Both the position numbers and the translations under genes were made by a program. Positions 1 through 10,189 of a stretch of 64,000 bases of DNA are shown one piece after another. The DNA is taken from contig CBFFRP010000120.1 of NCBI GenBank assembly GCA_965644295.1, positions 1 through 64,000 of the forward strand. The letters are read 5' to 3'. The stretch's first letter is position 1; every line of letters starts with the position of its first letter. This DNA comes from Paraphysomonas bandaiensis. Taxonomy: Eukaryota > Protista > Chrysophyceae. The notes below the pieces were generated by a model. The model saw only the letters and a program-made list of their open reading frames with translations. It had not been told where the DNA came from and searched no databases.

Positions 1-1
1 T

Positions 2-882
2 GAAACTAGTGCCATTAGTCGAGGGGTAGTTGGGGGGAGGTTCATGGATGCTTATCTCTTAAAAATGCTGGGTCGCCATATGCAGCAACACTATTCACTT
101 CCACAACCAAAGCCTCTATTCCGTCTCAAGAAAGTTGTTGATCCCGTCACAGGAGCATTATCTTGCCAGCCCAATAATGCCCTTGAGAATGTTCATCCTA
201 GCTATGACGCGTATATGCATCTGGAAATGGCTCGTGACATGAAAGAATCGGTATGCCGCACCGCTGAGGCGTCATCGACCCTCACAGATGGAGATCCACG
301 GTATGCGAATATTCCCCTGCTCCCGCATGTTCTTCCGGACGGCACAGTAGTGGACGTCGGGGCAGAGCGGTTTCTCCCTCCAGAATTACTCTTTGATCCT
401 TCACAGCTTGATTTGGAGGCACCAGAACTGGTGGCTCTTGGGTTGGCGCCCTCTTGTTCTGGTGGTCTTCCAGGGAGTACTGATCCAGTGGAAAAGTTAG
501 TGGTGGACTCCATTTTGCGCTGTGATGCTGATAGTCAGGTATGCAGAATGTGTCTATATTCATCTGTTTGTTAGATCGTATGTATTTCAATCACGAGACT
601 GCTATACAGGCCACCTTCGCCAACAATTTAATTGTGACGGGCGGAAACTCTGCCTATGATGGCATGCCCGAACGCATCCGACAAGAGGTCGATCGAGCCG
701 CCCATAAAAATGCTCCAAATTGGAGGACTAACGTACTTTCCTCAGGAGCTAAGGAACGCCCGATATGTACCTGGATAGGGGGTTCTATTATAGCATCTCT
801 TGGGTCTTTACGCGAAATGTGGATGGCGCGCAGTGAATATGATGAACATGGAAGTGCCTTAATCGATAGGAAGTGCCCGTAG
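2..882 (+). CDS. ARP4: Actin-related protein, ARP4/BAF53-like (3' portion; 5' end outside window). Exons <2-538 and 610-882
   Basis: Actin-fold motifs LPDG...GAERFLPPELLFDP, LIVTGGNS and WIGGSIIASL. The C-terminal RKCP is typical of ARP4. GT-AG intron at 539-609. Confidence 0.8.
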
Positions 883-3096
883 TTTCACATGAGGATACGA
901 CATGCATGTGTATGTAATAAATAGTTAGAGTTTGTGTACACTCTTTTTTGTGGGGTAGCTTCCTTCAATAGGAAGAATCCATGCTACGTCTCAGACCGGA
1001 AACACCTAAAAAGCAAGAATAATATTATCAAGAAATTCTGAGTTCTGAGTGCTTGTTATGTGAATTATGATTTATACGTTCATGTACTCCAAAAATATGA
1101 ATTAAATTCGGTTGAGTATGTAGTAACTTCAACTATAATTTATCACAGTTGTCCTTGCAATAATTAGATCTTTCGTCCAACATTTCCAAGGCATGTGAAG
1201 CCTGTCGACTGTCGAGCGCAGCTATTCTTATTACCTCAGTGTAGTGCAAAAATATGCATTCTACTATACTTAATTTGATGTTGCTTCTGAAAGCATATCT
1301 CAATTAATTTTTAAAGAGGGTGAAAAACGTATCTATTATCTGGCTTGCGTGGCAATTAATGGAATTACCAATTAAAGTAATTGGTTAAAATTTAAAATAT
1401 GATATATGAAATGTGCCGATTAATTAGCTGGCTTAATTAAGTATATAGCATCAGAAGCTGTTTTCTCATATTGAAGACAGCTCTAAGACTTGAACACTCT
1501 AGAATAGTAACACTCCAGCTAAATCCCGGCTTGATGAATCTACTAGTCGAAAATGCTCTATTTTACCATATGCTCCTGATCTCCTCTTCATATAATACCT
1601 TCTGAGAACCTGATCGCTTGCTTCGATCCTATAGAGTATGAGCATTCTATAGTGTGTTCCAGTCTTAGATCTGTTTTCAATATGAGAATATTCAAGACAA
1701 CGAGAGAGGAGAGGTGGCAGTATACAGCGGTGCTGCAACTTTTGATTAGTTCTTTATTGAAAGCAAGAAAGATGAAAATGGTAGTGTAACGCCAAAATTA
1801 AACTACCACTCCAATTGTTGTTCAGCTATCATTGTTTGGCGAGATCTCAAGTGTTAGGAGTGCGTGTGAGCTATGGAGAATTTATAGTCTCTATATGTGC
1901 ACGATACGCTAATTGTTACTGATTCTTTTGCAGCACATAGAAGTAATTAGACATCAATGTATCACATTCATTTATATTCATACCTTGCACTTCCTCTATA
2001 TGTATGCATATTTCCCTCTATTCCTTTTATTACACTCCTATTACCATGCATGCTATAGCATAATGTACACGTGCTTGTGTGAGATCCATGTCTTGTCATA
2101 AGCACGATCTGCATGTGTATGCGACATAAATATGATGTATACATAGTATAGATACATATTTTATCACCTGATGGTCCATTTATATTGTTCTGAGACTGTG
2201 TGTGGTCGTCATATCTATGTGGAGTGCAGTGGACTCTAACTTCTGTTTTGCATGGTGTTTGGAGTCTTTACTTGTCAAGAATATCTGTCATCATGGACTT
2301 GACTAGTGTACCAAGTATCTACATCCATCTCTTACTAGTTATGGCGCTCTGGCATGCATCTCTGATGTGCGTTAAGAGCATCACCAACAGAGTCTCCAGC
2401 ACACCAAAATGAGAATACCGTCCAATCATATGCTTGTACTTGACGTAATACCATAGCTGTGGGTGAGAAATCCAAGTTTTTAGCTGTATACTGTTTTTTG
2501 ATGATCAAAAAGGGCGCGTTTTTTGCATGGTCGACTTTTTCTCACCCACAGATTGAAAAGTCATGAGAAAAAGTGACTTTTTAATATAAAAACAATGACT
2601 TTTCAATAATAAAATCAATATGTACAACCATCCCCACTTGAAGAGACTGTGTATCTGTAGTCAGCATCTTATTTTTTCGGAAATATATTGAATCAAAAAT
2701 ACTCTACATTACTGCAATACAACTACGGCTGGAATACACATAATTATTGTCTCAATAATAGAGGCATATATGAACGAAAATATCCCAAAGATGCCAATAC
2801 GACTGATTAGAGAGTTCGACATTCAGTAAGTGTTCTAGAAGACTGTTATCTCAACATAATCAATCAAACTATTGTTTCTAGATGTTATTCTATGCTTCTA
2901 AATGTGTGTGCTGCATGTCATCACTTCTTGTTTATATCTAGCTTTGCTAGTACACACATATAGGAGGGTGTCCTTCTATAGAACTGCTTGAGAATGTAAT
3001 CCATACACACTCATATAGAAGCAAGTGGTGCGTATGAATTTATTGATCTTCTCATTCTCATACACATACATGCTTATTCTTAGATGGTTGCATGTT

Positions 3097-3246
3097 ATAC
3101 ATAGTAGCTGCATACAGCTTGAGTAATAGTAAATTTACTGTGACCTAAGCCGGTGTTTTAGTATTAACGTAAATGTTATAATAAAACACCAGCTTAGGCT
3201 ATAGTAAATTTACTATTTCTTAATCCAGATGCAGCTACTATATATA
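3097..3246. mobile_element. Fold-back / MITE-like long imperfect palindrome
   Basis: The arm TAGTAGCTGCAT...CCTAAGCCGGTGTTTTA (3102-3160) is the imperfect reverse complement of TAAAACACCAGCTTAGG...ATGCAGCTACTA (3182-3240). Flanks are TA-rich. Confidence 0.6.
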
Positions 3247-3305
3247 AGAGTCAGAACTCATTTTGCATTACAATTTAACTAAATAGTGTTTAACTCTGAT
3301 ATGCT

Positions 3306-3592
3306 TCTATTTAAAGCTACGAAAGCTACTTGTGCAACCACTTTCGCAATATCATTCAAAGCAAACGACGTGAGCAAGCAGAATGTTTATATACCTGGCA
3401 CCTGCTGATTCAGGATTTTTGAGTCCTCATTAAAGTGAATAGCTCGGATTCTTGACTTTAGCTCAATACCTTGAGGTGGGCCCATTCCCGGATGCCTGTT
3501 TATTCGTCAAGACACAAGTGACACTTACTAGTGGCCCCACTGGCATTTGGCTAGAAGACATATCTCGGAGTACTTTTCCCCCAGAACACCAC
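3306..3592 (+). mobile_element. Degenerate copy of dispersed repeat family (partial terminal segment + internal part A)
   Basis: CTATTTAAAGCTACGAAAGCTACTTGTGC and CCTTGAGGTGGGCCCATT...CCCCAGAACACCAC match 38067-38405. Confidence 0.6.
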
Positions 3593-3660
3593 CCTACTGA
3601 GGGCTGATTGATGATAACATCAGGCTGATGCGAGCACGTTTATAGGCTCGCAACTACTTG

Positions 3661-3953
3661 TATTAGAATATGGACTGTATCCTAGTATATTCAATGTGGT
3701 ACTTGAAGACAATGTACGAGAATACAGTGAAGTATGGTGATGTGTAGATGCTGTTATGATATTGAGAAAACTGAAATAGTTTGCTCTTTCAAGATATGTT
3801 TAGTAGCGAAAGGTCTACAGAAGTAGTGATTTATGCATGGCACAAAACGAGCTTGTGTTGTTTAACACAATTTGTGTAAACGATATTAATAAATCTATCT
3901 AGTCTAACAACTTAATCTCTCTTTGATCTAAGTAAAATGAGCATTTCCCAACA
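3661..3953 (+). repeat. 5' LTR (TATT...AACA)
   Basis: Identical by eye to 8823-9115. Confidence 0.95.
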
Positions 3954-6900
3954 TGGTAGCGAGCGAGGAGGAGAGAAGGAGGATAGAGGAGTAGTTCCTC
4001 AGTTCAACGAGACTAACGTTGAACAATGGATTGAGGACTTCGAGACATTCCTTATGAGGAAGGAACAAAGCGAGGTAGCGGTGGAACTGCCACCTAAGGA
4101 GAGCGACTTCGGGGAGCAGCCACTTACGTTGATGGAGGAGAAGGCGTACAGACAGGCTGTGAAGAGGTATTGGAAGGCGAACGCCATAGCTTATTCTTAC
4201 TGCAGGGATGCGGTGCAGCATTCCCCGAAAGCGCTGCGTAAATTCCATCTTACCCACAAAGCGTTCAAGGCAGAAGGGAGTGGTGTAAACAGGTTCAAAA
4301 CACATGTAATGATTGATGAGTTGAAGAAGTGTTTTGCTGGAGGGAAGCAAAATAGGATCAGTGACCTCTTAACTCAATATGGTTCTTTCCGTATGCGTCC
4401 GGAGGAGACGGCGAAGGACTACGTACTACGGTTCGAACTACTGCTGAAGGAACTACAGGAGCAGCAGCAGGATATCTCGGAGGTATCAAAAACAAGTCGA
4501 CTACGAGAAGGCTTGCTCAATGAAGAGTATGCTCAACTGAGAGTTGGATTATACTTGATGGATGATGATGTTAATTATGTAACTGTATCACGTAAGATAG
4601 AAGGCTATGATGATACTATGGCTGGGAAGGAAGCGTTGGAGAAGAAGCGTAAAAGAGTGGAGGAGCTGAACCTGATAGACAGTAAGAAACGATATCGCAG
4701 AGAGAGGGATCATCGTAAGAAGAACAACGGTAAGAAGAAGCCGATGAAGAAGGATACAGAGATTACAGGGCAGCGACCTGGAAGTGCCGAATATACTGGG
4801 TGCAGAAATTGTAAGTCAAAGGAACATCTTGCCATCGATTGTCCAGCATCGAAAAAGAAGTACTCGCAAAGCAAGAGCAAGGCTGTGAGGTTTCAAGATG
4901 GAAGGAAACCAGACAAAAGACTACTTACAGTTGAAAACATCAGGCGTGGAGAGCCAGCGGATTTGTCTGACGAAGACGAAGCAAATATGATCGAGCAACA
5001 GGAAGAGTATCACTTGTCATGTAATGTGTATGAGACGAATATATGCAGTAGTGTGCATGAGGATATTCACTATACATACATTGATACCTGTTGTTCGTCA
5101 TCAATGTTTTTGATAAATGATGTGAATATACTTGATAGTCATATGCACACATCAAAGGTTATTAATGGTTCGAAAAAAGGGTCAGAGATATGCGTCACGA
5201 GTGTAGGTTCCCGTGGAGCATGGAAGAACATTGAGGTATCAAGTCAGATAAATCGGTGTCTTTGTTCTGGACGGAAGTTGAACGATATGGGATATCGATT
5301 TACTGTATGGTATGGTATACAGATATATGACAGAAATACGGATGAGCTGGTGTTGGAGGGACCTATGAAGAATGGAATGACTGCTGTGCCAACACAGCAG
5401 TTATTGGAGCTTCCAGACGTATCGACATCCAGTGATTCAGAAGTAAATCTCAGTGACCGTACGGGTGAGGATGAACTGGAGCTGTTACATAGGAGAGCGG
5501 GTCATTTTAACAAGCATGCGTTGGTAGAAGCCCACAAAAGAATGCTAATTATTGGGACTGGACTGAAACGAAAACATCTCTCGAAACGTGTTTCCAAAGA
5601 ACAGTGTCTATGTGATGTATGCGCCAGGGCGAAGATCACCAGAGTAAGTTTTCGGACAAAGGATGAGGACTCCGTTCGTCCAAATTTCTCGGCCGATATA
5701 GCAGTATACTTAAATTGTCCAGCTCGAGGAGGGGAAATATATGTGCTCAAACTAACACACCATGCCAGTCGGATGTTCTGGTCGGAAGGGCTTGTTCATA
5801 GGACTGGGTCATCGGTACTGCAGGTTTTCAAGAAGATTTTTGAAGGAGATGTGAAAAGGTACAAATTAGAAATGCATCATTACCATGCAGATGGAGCAGG
5901 GGAGCTAATATGTGATGAGCTGCGACAATATCTTAGGTCACAGGGTTGCTATCAACATACGTGGAGCTCTACGGACTCTCCTGAGATGAACGCGATTGAG
6001 GAGCGGAAATTCAGGACCTGTGGTGAGATGACATTAGCGATGCTGATTCAGTCAGGATTGCCTTCACAGTTTTGGCTAGATGCCTACATGGCAGCCAGGT
6101 ACATATTAATTCGATTGCCTACAAAGACAGCGAAGGGGTATATGTCCCCTCTTGAATTTTTGACTGGTGAGGCTCCCAACCTGAAATATCTCAGAGTATG
6201 GGGGTGTCGTGCGTATGTCCTCACTACAAAGGCGGATCGACGGAAAGACTGGGACGACAAGGCCCTTATCGGATATCTGATAGGATATTCAGATGAAAAG
6301 GTAGGATATGATGTATATCTACCTGCGACTGATAGGGTCGTCACGTCGGTACATGTATTAACTGATGAGTCCATACCGTCACGCTCGGAGAGCTATTTCG
6401 CTGAGATAGATGCTCTTCGAGTGAAGGAGGCCGAGAGACCGAAAATTGTGTCTGACTATGCGGGCTTAGAAGGTACATATCATATTGATGATGAGGATGG
6501 TCTTCTCTACAAGACCACGAGAGTAGTAGAACGAAAGGGGGTAATAGTAGCCTATCGATCTCTGGTAACTGCAGGTCGGAAGCATATCGAGCACCGGGTG
6601 CCGATTCACGTCGAGGACGTAGTGCGAATGACTGCAGAAACTCCCGGGAATACCGGATATATAGGAAAGGGGGACGCCCTGAGTACTATGCCAGCCAGGG
6701 TGCTGGACCAGGGAAGACCTGGAGGGTTACAGGAGAGTCCTGACCCAACCTGTCAGGAGACAGCTGTGAGGTTGCAGACCTCTGAAGACTATGAGTCTGG
6801 GGTTGTGAGCGGGGCTCCTCCCACAACGCACGATGTGCGTGCTCAGGATGAGCAAGGTACGGGTTCTTATATACCTCGTCGACCGATTGAACTAGATGGT

Positions 6901-8649
6901 GATGGTCGGGTCCGACGCAAACGGCTGCAGCGGAGACTGGCAAACGCGTCAGTTTTAGGAGAGATTAATATGGTTGAAGTACCGGATGCGCATAATATTG
7001 ATCTTAACCATGCAGAGACAGAAGATATCAAGATACCAAATTCATATGCCGAGGCAGAGAGATCTCCACAGTATCAACAATGGAGAAAAGCTCGAATGGT
7101 GGAGAAGACATCATTGCTGAAAAGACGTGTCTTGAAGATCGTGAAAATTCCAAGCGGAGTGAAATTAGTTAGAGCGAAATATGTGCATACGGTGAAGCGA
7201 GACATACTAGGGAATATAGTAAAGTACAAGGCTCGGCTAGTGGCATTAGGAAATCTCCAAGAGAAGAAGGAGGAGGAGCCGTCCACTTTCGCTCCAGTGG
7301 TTAAGGGTATAACCATTAGACTAGTGTTAGCGATTGCGTTTATGTTACAGATGCATGTGCATCAATTAGATGTATCATCCGCATTTTGCTATGCAGATCT
7401 GGAGGATGACGTGTATATGGCACCTCCACCAGATGAGGAATTACTAGCTGGATGGTGTTTTCAACTAATCAAGGCATTGTATGGACTGCGATCTTCACCG
7501 CGACAGTGGAATAAACATATTGACAAGTTTATTAAATCATTGCATTTTACTCCGTGTATTTTGGATACGTGTTTGTATATGCGATGGAGTAACGGAAAAC
7601 TGCATTTATTATTGATATATGTTGATGATATCATAATTGCATCCGCTGATCTGACTTACTTGGAAAGCGTAAAGCGTAGGTTCTGTGAAACATTCGAGAT
7701 GCATGATCTGGGAGTGTGTAAGCGATTTCTGAACATCAGGATAACCAGAGGAGAAAATTGGTATATGTTAGATCAATCTGAGTATGCTAAGAATATTATC
7801 AAGAAATTCAGCTCAGTTATGGGAAAGAGTAGTAAGAATAAGGAGGCCCCACTACCTACTAATGTTCAGGATCTGTTGGCAGAGGAACGTGAACTTACGG
7901 AGGAGCAGAAGCAGTGGGTTGACTCATTTCCGTATCGGCAAATTATTGGAGCAGTGTTGTATCTAGCAATGCATACTAGACCTGATCTGGCTTATGCAGT
8001 GGGGTTATTGTCTCGATTTAGTAGTTGTCCGACATATGCATCGTGCAAACTGGCGATTCACTTATTGAAATATTTGCGTGGAACAATTGATGAGGGCATC
8101 AGATTCAGTGGGAGTGAGTTCGACTTACATGTGTTCAGTGATTCAGATTGGGCTGGTGATAGACTGACTCGGCGATCGACAACAGGATACATTGTGTTCT
8201 TATGTGCAGGCGCATTGGCCTGGCAGTCTAAACTACAGACCACAGTTGCAACTTCGAGCATGGAATCTGAATATATGGCGGAGTATGCGGCTATGCAAGA
8301 ACTGGTGTGGCTTCGGGGGGTGTTCAAGGAGCTCGGGCTCTTAGTTGCGAAGCCGACTCCATTCTTTATGGATAGCAAGAGTGCGAAAGATCTCTCCGAG
8401 AATCCTGTGTATCATAAGAGGTCGAAGCATATAGACATCAAGTATCACTGGGTGAGAGAGCATGTAAATGGAAAATTTCCTACGGCAAAGTTGATTCATG
8501 TGTCGACGGATGATATGGCGGCTGATATTTTCACGAAGGCATTGTCAACGAAACTTTTCAGTCGTCATGAGAAAACTATTACCGGGGTTAAGAGAAGTGT
8601 GTCAACCAGAGTTGAGGAGCAGCAGAAGAAGCGACCCCGAAGAGGTTAA
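3937..8649 (+). CDS. Copia Gag-Pol polyprotein (1570 aa)
   Basis: Zn knuckle CRNCKSKEHLAIDC; protease YIDTCCS; integrase HHCC (HRRAGH...CDVC) and DDE (ADI, DGAGE, IEERK); RT LDVSSAF and YVDD; RNase H SDSDWAG and MAADIFTKAL. Confidence 0.97.
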   Translation: MSISQHGSERGGEKEDRGVVPQFNETNVEQWIEDFETFLMRKEQSEVAVELPPKESDFGEQPLTLMEEKAYRQAVKRYWKANAIAYSYCRDAVQHSPKALRKFHLTHKAFKAEGSGVNRFKTHVMIDELKKCFAGGKQNRISDLLTQYGSFRMRPEETAKDYVLRFELLLKELQEQQQDISEVSKTSRLREGLLNEEYAQLRVGLYLMDDDVNYVTVSRKIEGYDDTMAGKEALEKKRKRVEELNLIDSKKRYRRERDHRKKNNGKKKPMKKDTEITGQRPGSAEYTGCRNCKSKEHLAIDCPASKKKYSQSKSKAVRFQDGRKPDKRLLTVENIRRGEPADLSDEDEANMIEQQEEYHLSCNVYETNICSSVHEDIHYTYIDTCCSSSMFLINDVNILDSHMHTSKVINGSKKGSEICVTSVGSRGAWKNIEVSSQINRCLCSGRKLNDMGYRFTVWYGIQIYDRNTDELVLEGPMKNGMTAVPTQQLLELPDVSTSSDSEVNLSDRTGEDELELLHRRAGHFNKHALVEAHKRMLIIGTGLKRKHLSKRVSKEQCLCDVCARAKITRVSFRTKDEDSVRPNFSADIAVYLNCPARGGEIYVLKLTHHASRMFWSEGLVHRTGSSVLQVFKKIFEGDVKRYKLEMHHYHADGAGELICDELRQYLRSQGCYQHTWSSTDSPEMNAIEERKFRTCGEMTLAMLIQSGLPSQFWLDAYMAARYILIRLPTKTAKGYMSPLEFLTGEAPNLKYLRVWGCRAYVLTTKADRRKDWDDKALIGYLIGYSDEKVGYDVYLPATDRVVTSVHVLTDESIPSRSESYFAEIDALRVKEAERPKIVSDYAGLEGTYHIDDEDGLLYKTTRVVERKGVIVAYRSLVTAGRKHIEHRVPIHVEDVVRMTAETPGNTGYIGKGDALSTMPARVLDQGRPGGLQESPDPTCQETAVRLQTSEDYESGVVSGAPPTTHDVRAQDEQGTGSYIPRRPIELDGDGRVRRKRLQRRLANASVLGEINMVEVPDAHNIDLNHAETEDIKIPNSYAEAERSPQYQQWRKARMVEKTSLLKRRVLKIVKIPSGVKLVRAKYVHTVKRDILGNIVKYKARLVALGNLQEKKEEEPSTFAPVVKGITIRLVLAIAFMLQMHVHQLDVSSAFCYADLEDDVYMAPPPDEELLAGWCFQLIKALYGLRSSPRQWNKHIDKFIKSLHFTPCILDTCLYMRWSNGKLHLLLIYVDDIIIASADLTYLESVKRRFCETFEMHDLGVCKRFLNIRITRGENWYMLDQSEYAKNIIKKFSSVMGKSSKNKEAPLPTNVQDLLAEERELTEEQKQWVDSFPYRQIIGAVLYLAMHTRPDLAYAVGLLSRFSSCPTYASCKLAIHLLKYLRGTIDEGIRFSGSEFDLHVFSDSDWAGDRLTRRSTTGYIVFLCAGALAWQSKLQTTVATSSMESEYMAEYAAMQELVWLRGVFKELGLLVAKPTPFFMDSKSAKDLSENPVYHKRSKHIDIKYHWVREHVNGKFPTAKLIHVSTDDMAADIFTKALSTKLFSRHEKTITGVKRSVSTRVEEQQKKRPRRG
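3954..3964 (+). promoter_or_regulatory. Primer-binding site TGGTAGCGAGC, probably for initiator tRNA-Met
   Basis: Lies immediately after the LTR. Complementary to ...GCUCGCUACCA, which fits the A1:U72/A73 acceptor end of a eukaryotic initiator tRNA. Confidence 0.75.
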
Positions 8650-8813
8650 AGGTGTGTTTTAGTGGGTGAGAATCCCACATAACTATATATCTAGTTGACT
8701 GCTAGTTATATATGTATCTTGATAAGATTTCACATCTATTTTACCTATGAGACTAGTTTATAGCATGAAGATCACTGTACTCATTGTTGTTTCGTATCAC
8801 TGCATTCTACATT

Positions 8814-8822
8814 GAGTGGGAG
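8814..8822 (+). promoter_or_regulatory. Polypurine tract
   Basis: GAGTGGGAG directly before the 3' LTR. Confidence 0.75.
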
Positions 8823-9115
8823 TATTAGAATATGGACTGTATCCTAGTATATTCAATGTGGTACTTGAAGACAATGTACGAGAATACAGTGAAGTATGGT
8901 GATGTGTAGATGCTGTTATGATATTGAGAAAACTGAAATAGTTTGCTCTTTCAAGATATGTTTAGTAGCGAAAGGTCTACAGAAGTAGTGATTTATGCAT
9001 GGCACAAAACGAGCTTGTGTTGTTTAACACAATTTGTGTAAACGATATTAATAAATCTATCTAGTCTAACAACTTAATCTCTCTTTGATCTAAGTAAAAT
9101 GAGCATTTCCCAACA
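8823..9115 (+). repeat. 3' LTR
   Basis: Direct repeat of 3661-3953, followed by TSD ACTTG. Confidence 0.95.
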
Positions 9116-9264
9116 ACTTGCATACCGCAACCAATTAGTTTGAAAGCTTATTCAGTAGAAATAAGATTGAACAAGAATACATTTAGAGTCACATATACTT
9201 TAGAATTATGAATTGACAGTTGAGCAAGCTATGTTGGCAACTAGCAGCTAATGTATACCACACC

Positions 9265-9626
9265 ACCCACCTCTCAGCACACACATCTAGCACTCGGTAC
9301 ACTCAGGACCTTAATACAGAACCCTGTACCTCAGAGCCTGGTGGAATCTAATCCTAAGGGGAGACCCCTGACAACACGCGCCAGTGAGTCCTAGGACACA
9401 CGATCAGGGCAAAACTCACAATCAACATTAAGAACGGAAGTGGTCGCACCTTGGTGCTTGCGGCGACGCACAAGCAGCTTCTGTAGCGCTAAATAGTAAG
9501 ATAATAGAATTTGTGCTGATTAGTTATGGGTAGAGGTCTAAATAGTATGTCTAGCATTCAACTGGCCACTACATTGGTGCAGGTTTTTAACGCCTATTGC
9601 TAAATGATAAGGCTTTCAATATAGCT
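9265..9626 (-). mobile_element. Dispersed repeat family copy (terminal segment + internal part B)
   Basis: Reverse complement aligns with 57313-57672. The terminal ~200 bp also aligns with 31557-31714 and 37935-38135. Confidence 0.75.
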
Positions 9627-10189
9627 ACTTGAGGATTGATAAGTTGATAAGTACTGCTAAGAGCCCCTAATTTTTAAAAGTACAATATACAATATATCCA
9701 TATATCCTTCCCTAGTCCTACGAAATATCTGGATACTTACTTCTAAGAAATAAAAGATGATATTATTCAAAAATTTGCACCTTCTGATGATATTATATAT
9801 TATTAATATTATATATACTATTAACTATTAACAGTCAATATAGCTTTCAGTGAAAACTCTTCACGTATTAAATCTAGCACACATTTTTGTGGACTAGCTA
9901 ACTCAATGCATGCGAGAAGGTTAAGACAGCCACAACGATTTGGTTACAAAAATATTCCTAGTTGTAGCTCACTTTTGGGAACAATAAAGGACTGTAATGC
10001 AAACTATATTGATCATATTAATGATGCTATCAAAACTTCTGACAAGAAGAAATGATGAATACAAACTAATTACCCGAGTAGGCTAAAAACCACGAACACA
10101 ATGCTGGACATAGAGTGAACATCTAAATCTAACTGGAATGACTGCAAAATAACGCAACAGAAGGTAAGACTACTCTGACCCAGAGAATG

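Larger units (their letters stand above)
3661..9115 (+). mobile_element. Full-length Ty1/copia LTR retrotransposon
   Basis: Two 293-bp direct LTRs, TSD ACTTG (3656-3660 and 9116-9120), PBS, PPT and a single gag-pol ORF in PR-IN-RT-RH order. Confidence 0.97.

Noticed and set aside
2457-2551. 14-bp inverted repeat CTGTGGGTGAGAAA/TTTCTCACCCACAG
   Set aside because: The repeat is real but has no TSD and no confirmed second copy, so it cannot be classified.
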